Source: Pseudogymnoascus verrucosus (lineage: Eukaryota). From it: a DNA stretch of 64,000 bases. Both the position numbers and the translations under genes were made by a program. Numbering within the stretch: position 1 is the stretch's first letter; the number at the start of each line of letters is the position of its first letter. The stretch lies in the NCBI GenBank assembly GCA_001662655.1, contig KV460209.1; one strand, written 5' to 3'. The notes below the pieces were generated by a model. The model saw only the letters and a program-made list of their open reading frames with translations, searched no databases and had not been told where the DNA came from. This document shows, one piece after another, positions 49,646 to 61,153 of this stretch.

Positions 49646-50383
49646 GGAGATGGTTTTGTTGAATTGGGAGATTAAACAATACCTCCAGGCATCCCAGAGT
49701 ACTGGCCATACATATCGAGCGGTAGCTCTATAAGCTGGCGCGGCCATTGGGAGCGATGGGGCGAATCTACAAGGCGGTAACTCGCTGTGGTGCGAAAATG
49801 AAGACGCCGTGAAGGCCACTGTCTGAGGCAAGGCTGTGGGTATGCGGTTCTGCCACGCTGGGCTCGATGTGGCTGAGAAGGCCCATACTTTACTCCAAGA
49901 CGAGAAGTAAATATAACCTGAACACAGTGGTAGGCGGTCGCATCACCAGGTGATTGGGTTTGATATTTATACATGCCGGTGACCTCCTACCCTCACGGTG
50001 TCCAAATGTTATCCAGCGGTTGGTATTCATAAGTCTAATGTAAAGAACAAGAGAAGCGCCCCAGCCGGATAGTAAGAAACTCGGTGATTATTGTGGACTT
50101 TGTCCCATGCTTCCAAAGCTCCTCATAATGCAAGGCATTGGAGCGCAATAAATAAATTCTTACATATTTTGAGAGAAATGAAGAACGTGTTTGTAGCAGT
50201 TCTATATATGCCAGCTCTAGAAATATTGTGATGTGAATGAATGCAGATTTTAAATAGAAGTGTTTATGTTAATTTTATGCCCAGCCCATTAATAAGTTGG
50301 GCCAAAGAATATTGCTCACCGGTCGGGACCTCGTATATTCCCAACAAACCTTCAATAAATGCAATTAAATTTGACAGACAACA

Positions 50384-50967
50384 ATGTTTTTCCCACTTGC
50401 AACTCGTGCTCAAGCCGTTACCCTGAAAAATTGTGGCTACAGTTTCGAGAATATCGAGAAGTTGACCGGCATCAAGAAGAAACAGCTCCAGTACATAATC
50501 AGCGAGGCTAAGAAACGCGGGTACAACCCAGAAGTCAGCCCGACACTCAAAGACAAGTATTTCCACGACGGACGTCCCGACAGGCCAACGAAGCTTTCAA
50601 AGGAGCAGATAGAGGCTTTAATCGCCGTATCAAAACCATTTGAAGGGGTGCCAAGGAAGACGAATGCGGTACTGGCCCAGGAGTTTGGTGTCTCAGCTCG
50701 AACTATCCGTCGGTTTAAGGGATGAAAGGAGAGTATAAGAAACCTATATACCGACCACAGCGAACAGATCCTCTTGCCACCGGCTCTGAGGACCAAAGTG
50801 AAGAGGAAGGTGACGTTGACATGACCACGACGTCAAGCACAGCTGACCAAACCACCTTCGGCGACTCACTGTTGGATCAGTTGCAGGCGGCAGTGACTGG
50901 CGAAGAATACGCAACACCAAATTATCCCCCGGCTACTTTTAATTATACGCCATTATCACAGCAATAG
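50384..50967 (+). other. Tc1/mariner-transposase-like paired HTH ORF (113 aa) overlapping, at ATGA, an 81-aa acidic ORF; no DDE domain or TIRs seen
   Basis: First HTH GYSFENIEKLTGI, linker DGRPDRPTKLS, second HTH LAQEFGVSARTIRR. Stop at 50723-50725 overlaps the ATG at 50722. Confidence 0.65.
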
Positions 50968-51163
50968 ATACACGGGATTTCACATCATCATGGCCTATGA
51001 GCCGGGTCTATATTAAAGCGGCTGCCTAGTTCTCGGCAAGGGGTCTATGCGGACCAGAAGCCTACTACATTTGTTGAGTGTAGCTTCGGATTTGGATTCT
51101 AGTATTATCAAGCAAATCCTTGGGTGAACCGGGGCTATTCTGGCACCGACGGAGACGTGCAAA

Positions 51164-52319
51164 ATGACGAGGAAACTTCCATGGCTCCAAACAGACACCA
51201 ATCAAGACAGCTCAGGCTCTCGGAGTACGACTTCATCACGCCCCAGAAGGTCGAGACCCATAGTGGATAGTTCGGACATAGAACAGCCGCCAGGGAGACA
51301 GAATCGCAGGGGGAAAGGGCCAAGAGCCGCAGGTAAGCTTGTTATATATTCCTTCCTGTTGAACGAAATGCTAATAAGTCTAGCACGTGAAGTATCTCCT
51401 ACTCCGCTAGATGAACCGCCCGACGAAAGGTATGTGGTATCATGTGGCTACCGCTGTCTTACAACAGGACTAAACCTATTATAGCTTCATGATCGATGGG
51501 TTTAGCAATGATGACCGGTATCGTATGGTCGAGGACGAATTCCTGGACGTAGCAAAAGAGTTCACCCAGCATCTCCATACTGCAGAGTACCAGCGAATGA
51601 AAAATAGCGCAAAGGCCAAAAATGCAGCTACTATAAATGCAATTTCCAGGCCAGTTACCACAAAGATGGGAGGAGAGACACGTCGAAAAGTTGAAAGCAT
51701 AGCTAGGGCGAAGAAGCAAGCCGATGCTATCAAAGATATCCATGGAGACCAACCTCGGGAAGAGGGAGAGTCAGATGAAAGTCAGGGGCCTTGGCTTGGT
51801 ACAGCCCTTCATGGGCTCATGGAAAAACCGAGGGCATCCGCCGTTCCACTGACTGATATTTCGGGATTCCACAGTACTACGAAGGCAGCTGCGGGCTACA
51901 AAGGGTCTACTGTTGGGCGAATGGAAACCTACGATGTGCCAGATCCAGAGGAGTTTGAATTGGCGAAGCCTGCCTCAATAAAATCTACTGAAGGAGAAGG
52001 AGAAACAGAAACTGAAGATGATGACGACGACCTTGCTGCTGCTCCTGTGGTTACTCAGAAAGGTTCTCATATAAAAAAGGAGTCGATTGAAAAGAGAAAT
52101 ATAATCTCCGAGTCTGGGGAAACACGACAATCGGAAGTAATAAAGAGCGAATCGTTTGAACCGTCGTCATATAATCAAGGAGAGCCAACTTCTACCGGTA
52201 GCACAATTTCCGCAGAAAGCAAAGCCCGTATTGCTCGAAGGAGAGAACAGGGCAGAATAAAACGGATGAAAGAAGAGGAGGATATCAAGGACGCCAAGTA
52301 TATGCCCAAGTTCCTATAA
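51164..52319 (+). CDS. Conserved-looking fungal hypothetical protein, 3 exons
   Basis: MTRKLPW start; introns about 51332-51382 and 51430-51484; helical core DDRYRMVEDEFLDVAKEFTQHLHTAEYQRMK; charged low-complexity tail. Confidence 0.75.
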
Positions 52320-52699
52320 TACATCATTTTTGAAAGTTATCCATGCGTTTGCTCACGTGGCCTTGATACCATCTGGGCAGAGTCATTTCTGGAGTGAATT
52401 CTCCAAATATCATCAGCCAAGAGGCCCAAGACCAAATATAATGAGTCTTAAAGCCCAAGTGAAATATTTGGCGACACTCATTGGTTAGTAAATTATAGTG
52501 TACAAATCGACAGAGATTTGAACAGTGGTTGGTTGATAAGCTATTGCCACCTTGGTGCCCCTCGGCTACCGTGCGTAATCAGCAATCGCGGGGCAAACTC
52601 TTGACTGGAACTTTTTGTTATCCTTCAACAAACACCACACTCGAAACTCTCGAGAACTACAAATCAACATCACAAGAAAATTCACCTGGGCCTTTCAAG

Positions 52700-54320
52700 A
52701 TGGCGTCCATGGATTTAGATGCGCCGATTTCTATCGCGCCCTCCGCGCGTGCCCCCCAGACAGCCGCAACGTAAGTCATTGATCTTTTTCCCCGCCATGT
52801 GAATAATTTATACTGACGCAACTAGTATTCTGTGCTGTAACTGTGGTGCACCCATCGACGGAGCAGCGTCGGCGAACGCATTATGTTACGACTGTGTCAA
52901 ACTTACTATGGATGTCTCCGGAGGCATCCAAAGAGAGGCTACCCTCCATTTCTGCAGAGATTGCGAGAGATGGTTACTTCCTCCCACCAGTTATATTGTG
53001 GCCGCACCTGAATCGAGAGAATTATTGGCTCTGTGCCTGAAAAAGCTTCGAGGTCTTCATAAAGTCCGAATTATAGATGCAAGCTTTATCTGGACGGAAC
53101 CCCATTCTCGCAGAATCAAGGTCAAACTCACTATTCAAGACTCCGTCTCCGAGGGCGTTGTTCTACAGCAGTCGTTCGAGATCGAGTATGTTGTGGCATA
53201 CCAACAGTGCCCCGACTGTGCGAAGTCATACACAGCGAATACTTGGAGAGCATGTGTACAGGTTAGACAGAAGGTGCCGCACAAGCGTACTTTCCTCTAC
53301 CTAGAGCAACTTATCCTCAAGCATGGAGCCCACAAAGATTCCATCAACATTAAAGAAGTCAAGGATGGTCTGGATTTCTACTTTGCGGCACGAAACCAGG
53401 CAACTGCCTTCGTCGACTTCCTCACATCCGTCGCCCCAGTCAAGAGCAAGAAGTCTCAAGAGCTGATTTCCATGGATATTCACACGTCAACAAAGTCATA
53501 CAAGTTCTCGTACTCCGTCGAATTAGTTCCCATCTGTAAAGATGACTTGGTAGCACTGCCTATCAAGCTGGCACAGCAAATCGGAAACATGAACCCGATA
53601 GCACTATGCTACCGTGTCGGAACCGCCATCAACCTCCTCGACCCAAGCACTCTGCAGACACATGATGTCAGCACCCCTATCTACTGGCGTGCACCATTCT
53701 CGTGCCTTGCGGACGTAAAGGAACTTGTCGAGTTTGTTGTCCTGGATATCGATTTGGTGGGCGTGGAGAAGGGTCGCTGGGCGCTTGCAGAGGCAACCAT
53801 TGCCAGAGCGTCGGATCTCGGCCAGAATGACAAGACGTTCTTCACAAGAACACATCTTGGTAATGTTCTCCATCCCGGTGATTCGGTTATGGGATATGTC
53901 CTCAGCGAGTCAAATTTCAACAACCCTCAATACGATGCGTTGGAGAACTCGTCTACATACTCTTCATACATCCCAGATGTCATGTTAGTGAAGAAGTTCT
54001 ACGCGAGAAAGAAGAAGCCAAAGAACCGTAACTGGCGCCTCAAGCGCATGAACAAGGAGGAGGGTGATCTGTTACCCAAGAAGGGTGACCAGGAGAAGAT
54101 GGATAAGGACTACGAGATGTTCTTGCGTGACGTTGAGGAGGATACTGAGCTCAGACAAACTCTTGCTCTTTACAAGGCTCAACAGGCACAGAAGGATGCA
54201 GATGCTATGAGCATGGCAGAGACAAGTGATGGAGAGGAGGACAACACCCCGCAAATAGACATGGATGAGCTCCTCGACGAGTTCGACGAGCTGAAGGTTA
54301 ACGATGCCGGTGGGAGTTAG
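52700..54320 (+). CDS. NMD3: 60S ribosomal export adaptor Nmd3, 2 exons
   Basis: CxxC pairs (CCNCG, CYDC, CRDC, CPDC), FIWTEPHSRRIKVKL, VQVRQKVPHKRTFLYLEQLILKH. Intron 52771-52825. Confidence 0.97.
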
Positions 54321-54768
54321 ATTCCATGATGTCAAGTCTTAGGTTCGGAATCTGGACATATATCTCCTGACACATGAGATGATGCGTAGTAGCAGTTTGT
54401 GTCCCGACACATCCTGTCTACTCCTCTTCCATTGTCAATGTGGAGTGAAACACGACACGACGCATCCGCCTGCCATTTCTTCGCTTTCAACCAAACCACG
54501 AACTCTTCACCAGCCAGGTGATGGTTCTAAAAGCGTGTCAGGGCCGGAAGAGCGATAGAAGGAACTGGAGTTTGGGCGTTTTGAGCATTGCGAGGTTGGG
54601 ATTAACGTGACATGACAAGGAAAAGTGTTGTTTTAGTTAGTCGCCAATAACAGTGACTTCAATACGTCTTACTCCAAAAATTGGTCCCAGTGATAATGCC
54701 TCGCACATGCCTCGTGATTAAGTATGTAATGTTCAATAAATCGTTAAGACTGTAAGCTACGCTGCTTC

Positions 54769-55758
54769 CTAGAAAATCTTGCTCAACACCTGCTTCACAC
54801 TCTCCGACTGATCCGCCGCCTTCCTCTTCGGCACAGCCTGCGTCTGCTTAAACTGCCTCGCCCTCTCCCCCCCCCTCTTCACCTTCTCCACCTTCGCGGG
54901 TATACCCTCCTCGCCCTCCTTCTCCCTCCTCGCCGCCTTCTTCGCCTCCATCCCCTCCAGCATCTTGGCCCTCTCCACATTCTGCACAAACTCCTTATTC
55001 TCCTTCGTCGTCTTGCTGATCTCCGCCCTCATCCTGCTCGCCCTCTCTGCATTCTCCGCCGCGATCTGCTGCGTCAGGTTGTTCCACTTGAAGCCCCTCA
55101 GATACAGCAAGTTCCACACATCATCATGGTAATACGTCCCCTTCTTCCCGCCGATGATCTGCGTATTAAGCAGCTCGCACGCCTTCTTTGCGTCGGACTT
55201 GCTAACGAACTCCACCCATCCGTCAGTGAAAGAGCGCTTCTTGTTCCCCCCATTCCTTACACGCCGCGTGTGCGACGTAGGGTCCTCAGGCGTCATGAAG
55301 ATGCGGTTTATATCCCCGAACGGCTCGAGGAGGGAGCGCAGTTTCTGGGGCTTCATGAAGGGCGGGATGCGGGAGAGGTAGACGACGCCGGAGCGCTTGA
55401 CGGCTGCTTCGGTCGCGACGAGGTTCTTTTTGCTGAGGAGCTTGGAGGTGCCTGGTAGATCTCCGGATTTTCGTAGCCGTTTCGATTTTTCTTCGGGTTT
55501 ATCGTCATCTGGGGCGGTAGTGGCATCGCCGTATTCTTCGTTTAGGATGCTGGGTTTGGAGGTCTCGTCGGCGGAGGCATCGTCGAGGTTGTCGTCGTCG
55601 TCGTCGAAGTCGCTGGCGTCGCTGTCGTCGACTTTGATTCTCTTCTGCCCTCTCTCTCCTTTCCTCAAATCTTCCGCTTCGGAATTATATCCCTCGCTCC
55701 CCCTATCATCATCACTCTCGCCCGCCTCGAGGAATTCGTTGTGCTTCCTTGTTGTCAT
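54769..55758 (-). CDS. ESF2: Pre-rRNA processing protein Esf2/ABT1
   Basis: GVVYLSRIPPFMKP, GWVEF, LNTQIIGGKKG...DDVWNLLYLRGFKW. Confidence 0.96.
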   Translation of the reverse strand: MTTRKHNEFLEAGESDDDRGSEGYNSEAEDLRKGERGQKRIKVDDSDASDFDDDDDNLDDASADETSKPSILNEEYGDATTAPDDDKPEEKSKRLRKSGDLPGTSKLLSKKNLVATEAAVKRSGVVYLSRIPPFMKPQKLRSLLEPFGDINRIFMTPEDPTSHTRRVRNGGNKKRSFTDGWVEFVSKSDAKKACELLNTQIIGGKKGTYYHDDVWNLLYLRGFKWNNLTQQIAAENAERASRMRAEISKTTKENKEFVQNVERAKMLEGMEAKKAARREKEGEEGIPAKVEKVKRGGERARQFKQTQAVPKRKAADQSESVKQVLSKIF

Positions 55759-56055
55759 TATCGCTGTGCTTTCCTAAAACGGATTGAAGTCTCCCATACA
55801 TTAATTCTCGCCCATTAATTCTTGTCCTGGAAATTTACTGATAGCCGGAACATCTATCGGGCCGTCGCACCGATAAGCACAACCCAGCAACCGCCACCGC
55901 CTCCGATAAGCCCCTCATTTATGGAGACGAGCTTACATCAAAGTACGTAAACTGCGACACCCCTCGTCACCATTGACTTCTTCCCTTGTGTAAATACAAT
56001 TCTTCTACCTGTAAGTATTGTAGAGTATACACACACATCCCCATCACACTCCAAA

Positions 56056-57531
56056 ATGTCCGCCGAAACCCTCACCACCATCTCACCCACCACCAACAAA
56101 GGCATCCTCATCCGCACCGGCGCCACCCCCGCCGAGCTCGAGAAGATCGTCGATGTATCCGCCGAACGCTTCAAGACATGGAGCAAAACCACACTTTCTG
56201 AGCGCCAGGCGATAGTCAAGAAAGCCTTAGAGATCTTGGTTACGAAGAAAGATGAATATGCTAAAGAACTCACGGAGCAGATGGGACGTCCTATCGCTTA
56301 TACGGGGGTTGAAGTGACGACGGCGGCGAAGAGGGGGGATTACCTTCTTAAGATCTCGGAGTCGGCGTTGGAAGATACACCGGGGGAGGCAGAGAAGGGA
56401 TTTACTAGATATATCAAGAAACTTCCCGTCGGGCCAGTTCTCATCCTCTTTGCTTGGAATGTACGTCACCCCCCCTTCTCCCCCCCCCCAATCCATCCAT
56501 CTCCAAGCAACTATCTAACACATAACCAACAGTACCCCTACCTAATCCTCATCAACTCCCTCATCCCCGCCCTCCTCGCCGGCAACACCGTGATCCTCAA
56601 GCCCTCCCCCCAAACCCCCACCATCGTCGAGAACCTGTCCTCCATCTTCCTCTCCGCCGGTCTCCCCCCGGACGTGATTCAATACTTCCACTCCGGCAAC
56701 GCCAGCACCATCGACACTATTGTCAAGAACCCCAAGGTCGCGTTAATCGCCTTCACAGGCTCCGTGGAGGGGGGTCTGGCTGTCCAGAAAGCGGCGGCGG
56801 ATCGCGTGGTGCCGGTGGGATTGGAGTTGGGGGGGAAGGATCCGGCGTATGTGAGGGCGGATGTGGATGTTGCCTGGGCTGCTGAAGAAATCGTCGACGG
56901 CGCAGTCTTCAACTCGGGACAGAGCTGTTGTAGTATCGAGCGCGTCTACGTCGATTCCTCGATCCATGATAAATTCGTTGAAGAAGTACAGCGCGTGCTC
57001 AAGGGATATAAACTCGGCGACCCATTCGATAAAGAGACGCATGTTGGACCAGTGATTTCGAAGAGGTCGAAGGTGGCTATTGAAGGACACATCAACGACG
57101 CCGTCGCAGCAGGGGCCCGAAACGTCACCCCCGCAAACGCCACCTTCACCTCCCCCCCCCCCGACGGGAATTTCGTCGCCCCAACCCTCCTAATCAACGT
57201 CAACCACACCATGGCCGTCATGACCGCCGAAACCTTCGGCCCCGTCATCCCCGTGATGTCCGTCTCTTCCGACGCCGAAGCAGTGCGGTTGATGAACGAC
57301 AGCGAGTTCGGACTCACTGCTTCTATTTGGACCAAAGATACTACAAAGGGTGCAGAGTTGGCGGCGGAGGTGGAGGCGGGGACGGTGTTTGTGAATCGTT
57401 GTGATTTCCCGAGTCCGGATTTGGCGTGGACGGGGTGGAAGGATAGTGGGAGGGGGGTGACGCTTAGTAGGTTTGGGTTTGAGCAGTTTGTGAGGTTGAA
57501 GAGTTTGCATTTGAAGGATTATCCGAAATAG
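56056..57531 (+). CDS. Aldehyde dehydrogenase, 2 exons
   Basis: AWN|YP across an in-frame intron 56461-56532; AGNTVILKPS, FTGS, LELGGKD, FNSGQSCC, ETFGP. Confidence 0.96.
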   Translation: MSAETLTTISPTTNKGILIRTGATPAELEKIVDVSAERFKTWSKTTLSERQAIVKKALEILVTKKDEYAKELTEQMGRPIAYTGVEVTTAAKRGDYLLKISESALEDTPGEAEKGFTRYIKKLPVGPVLILFAWNVRHPPFSPPPIHPSPSNYLTHNQQYPYLILINSLIPALLAGNTVILKPSPQTPTIVENLSSIFLSAGLPPDVIQYFHSGNASTIDTIVKNPKVALIAFTGSVEGGLAVQKAAADRVVPVGLELGGKDPAYVRADVDVAWAAEEIVDGAVFNSGQSCCSIERVYVDSSIHDKFVEEVQRVLKGYKLGDPFDKETHVGPVISKRSKVAIEGHINDAVAAGARNVTPANATFTSPPPDGNFVAPTLLINVNHTMAVMTAETFGPVIPVMSVSSDAEAVRLMNDSEFGLTASIWTKDTTKGAELAAEVEAGTVFVNRCDFPSPDLAWTGWKDSGRGVTLSRFGFEQFVRLKSLHLKDYPK

Positions 57532-57671
57532 ATGGGTGTGTGGATGGGACTGGGGATGATGTTGGGGGGGGGGGATGGATGAATGGATATAGATTTTTCT
57601 AAAATGCCGATGTGCTTGCAATGCTATGGTATGCGGTGGGTGCTTTTTCATGCCTGATGTAAGACGCCTCT

Positions 57672-59221
57672 TTATGCCTCAATCCACGACCCATACTCGA
57701 AATCCTTCTCAACTCGCACACCTTCCATCTCCCCCTTAACACCTAATAACTTCACCTTTCCCTCCCCCTTCGCGGTCCACTCCTCCAACGCCTTCTTAAC
57801 CCTCTCCAACGTCTCATCTCCTTCTCTAATCAATAATGCAACCGCATCGTGACCACCGGCTCCTGGGACTACACCGCCTACTACGCCCTCCACTTCCCCG
57901 AGCTTATCAAGTAATGCAGTTTGCGCTGCGGGTTCGATGGGGACTCCTGATTTCTCGCCCATCTCCCTTATCAACGCCCTAATCGCCCCAAACGCCCTGC
58001 TGATCTCGTCCTCTTTCCCAGCCGACAAGGCGCGCGCGAGTTCCTCGTTGGAGGTCTGTAAAGAGGTCCAGATCCTACCCGCATCATCGACTTCCTTCCC
58101 CCTCCACGCAAGCACCGATTTCACCATCCCCACAGTCTGCGATCCGCAATCGACATCACACATCACCAGCGCGTACCCCCTTGGTATCGCCACCCCTTCC
58201 TTCTCGATCTGCGTATCCCACTTCCCATCCCCCTCCCCCACCACCCCCCTCAACCTCTCCGCAAACCCCTGACTCCCCGGCCCCCCGGCATCGCTGATTG
58301 AAGACAAAAGCGAAGGCGAGAAACGACGGTATAGGCATGTCCCGTACACAGCGGCGGCGACGTCGAAACCGGATCCGATTTTTCCTTGGGCGGCGCAGTG
58401 GCAGGCTTGGGAGAGGTTGTGTTGGAGGATTTGGGTGGGGGGGGTGGGGAGGAGGAAATGCAGGAGGGAGGAGGTTAGGGCTGTGGTGAGGGCGGCGGAG
58501 GAACCGAGACCGGTTTTGTTGGCGGAGGTTAGGGGGGTGGGGAAGGAGGTGAAGGGGGAGGGGGAGGAGGGGGTGGTGATGGTGGTGGGGGAAGAGGGGG
58601 GTTGGGAGTAGTAGTCGTTGTCGGCGAGGATGGTGATGGTGAGGGAGGGGAGGGTGGTAAGGGTGGTGGTGGTGAGGAAGTAGGAGAGGGTGTAGGTTAG
58701 GGTTGTTTCGACGAAGGGGTTGCGGGAGGTGGAGGGACTGGGGGGGGATGTTAGTTTGACAGAATATAGTCTGGTGGACGGGGAGTGAAGGGAGAGGGGT
58801 GGGTGATGAGGGGTAACACGTGATATGTTATTTTGACCACCAGTTGATATTAAGGGACAACTGTAAATAGAAAAAGGGGTCCACGCCCGAAAAAGAACAA
58901 TAAAACACAGCCCAAGAAAACGATACCAAAAAGAACCAAATAAAATCTCAAAAAATACCTCTCAATCTGCTTAACCTCCACCCCCGCCCCATCCCCCAAA
59001 ATAACAGCAGAGTACCTCCATTCCGCCTCCACAAACTGCGGGCTCTTAACGACAATAAGCGGTTCCGCGCCCTCGGCCGTCACGGCCTCCTTGACGATAA
59101 CGTGGATGCGCGCGCTGAGACCGAAGACGAGACCCGTGTAGGCGCGGTCGAGGACGAGGTAGCCGCCTGCTAGGAGGACTTTGCCGGGCGCTGAGACGGC
59201 GGTGTGGGAGGGTTTGCTCAT
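57672..59221 (-). CDS. ERG8: Phosphomevalonate kinase, 2 exons
   Basis: SAPGKVLLAGGYLVLD, NPFVE, ILADNDYYS, KTGLGSSAA, HCAAQGKIGSGFDVAAAVYG, VPGAGGHDA. Intron 58958-58738. Confidence 0.96.
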
Positions 59222-61077
59222 TGTGAGGAGGAGGACAACTAACAAAGAGTAGTAGCCGAGATTGGGAAGAGTAGAAGAGCAGGTATAATAAGGAGGAGTT
59301 TTGATACTGGCGCACTGCACTGCAACTGGTTGTATGTATGTAGAGAGATATCACGGGGTGAGGGGTGAGTTGAAGATCCCGTGATGTGACGATTTGTTGA
59401 CACAAGTAAGTGAGGGGTTACGCAAGGCTGACAGATTGGGCGACGAGACGAGACGAGACGAGGCTGACGAAATAAGGGCGAAGGGATGTACGAGTAGGGA
59501 TAGAGCGGAGACTAGTCTAGAAAGGGATTATCGGCCGAATCGGGGATAACGCGGATAAAAACGTCTTCGGTCGCGCGGACTCAGGATCTTCGGACCCGAC
59601 GGACGGGGTTAGGGTATGGCATTCCGGGCCCGCGTGTGGGTATTTTTGGTAATTATTTTTGTCACTTGTAACTTTTTTCTGCGCACGGCACTACACTGCG
59701 CCCCTGCGCCCCCTTTGGAGTGAGTGAGTGCAGCATCTCCGGACTTCCCGAACGCGAACGCGAAACTAAACGAAACTAAGTGCGAAACCTCAGGCTTCCA
59801 CGTGCTTCTGTGTGATTTTCATGGGGCCGGGGATGGTAGGGATGTGGACGGGGGGATGGACTGGGATAGTAAGGGAATAGTAGGGAAGAGCAGGGATTAG
59901 TAGGGAATAGTAGGAGGCAGAATGGAGAATGCCGTATGGGTTGGGAGCCAATTGCGATGATGGCATACACACGGAAGATACAGATTCCCCGGATCTGATT
60001 ATTCTGGACCAAAGCAGTGGGTAGTAGACGGCATCAGTGGCTAGACTGGTCAATCAACGGCGATCCCCTCCGACAGGCCACCCCTGGACAGCGGGATGAG
60101 GGAGGGTCGGGGAGGAAGTTTAGTGAAGGAGGAGCAGAGTCAGACGACCAATGGCGAGCAAGAGTCGCCGGTTTGAATTCGCGACGGACCCGGCTCTTTC
60201 TCTTCGGCATAGAAAAATGTAAATTGGGGGAGGGATGGGTAGGGATAGTAAGGATACTAGGGATATACCAGCGAATTACCAGCGATGCTATCGATAGCAA
60301 GGCAATTACCAGGTAAAACCCAGCTAACCAGGCAATAACCAGGCATGAACCAGCCAGGACACTCTGGGTGGAGTTAGTGGAGTTGAATTTCTATGGACTT
60401 TTGTTACTCACTGTTAAAGCCGAGTATGCGGGTTGAAGATTTCTACGCATTTTCACGATTATCCCTTGTCTTTCTTCCTCTTGGCTCTTGTCACTCTCCA
60501 CCCATATTACACCTGTATTACACACAAACTAGTACTTCCACTGGTACTTCCAAACTTCCAATCCACTTCCCTTCCTCCCCTTCTATCATCGCCTGCAACC
60601 TTCTCTGTGTCTCTCTCCGTATCTGAGTGCATCTGCGTATCTGCGCGTAGGCCCGAACATCAGACAGACGTGACTCGTCATCGTTCAAACTTTCTTTTCC
60701 ACACACACCCACACGCAACCACCAATATACCTACAATCCTACCTACCTACATACGACCACCTTCCACTCCGGAGTACAGTCAGAGTCAGAGAACACATAC
60801 CATCCACACATACCAACCACAACCACACAATAGCCTTATTCCCTCAAGGCCCTTTTCCCTTATCCCACTTAATATACCAACTCACTTCGCCCTCTTTTCT
60901 TACCCTTCCTCCCTTCTTATTCAGCATCTGCTCTTCAGCAAACAACAACTTCAATACCGTCCGTTTATAATCAATCATACTCAGTTCGACTCGACAACTT
61001 CGAGTCGACCTTTCCAATCCCAACCTCAAACTTATACCAAATTCACATAGCGCGTTTGTTGACGGCCACTGCTGTCA

Positions 61078-61153
61078 ATGAACCTGCAATCCATCTCTCT
61101 CCGAATCTAATATCCTCCCCTCCCAGTCAATGAGAGGACTCACCATCTGCTAA
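61078..61153 (+). promoter_or_regulatory. Two short upstream ORFs ahead of the PPR gene
   Basis: 61078-61110 encodes MNLQSISLRI*; 61130-61153 encodes MRGLTIC*, whose TAA abuts the main ATG at 61154. Confidence 0.5.

Noticed and set aside
59442..59463. (GAGAC)n run, and (CATCCAA)3 at about 21443
   Set aside because: Simple short microsatellites with no further structure.
60433..61050. 205-aa ORF upstream of the PPR gene
   Set aside because: Non-ATG start and low-complexity H/T/P/S composition from a G-poor leader; more likely promoter or 5' UTR.
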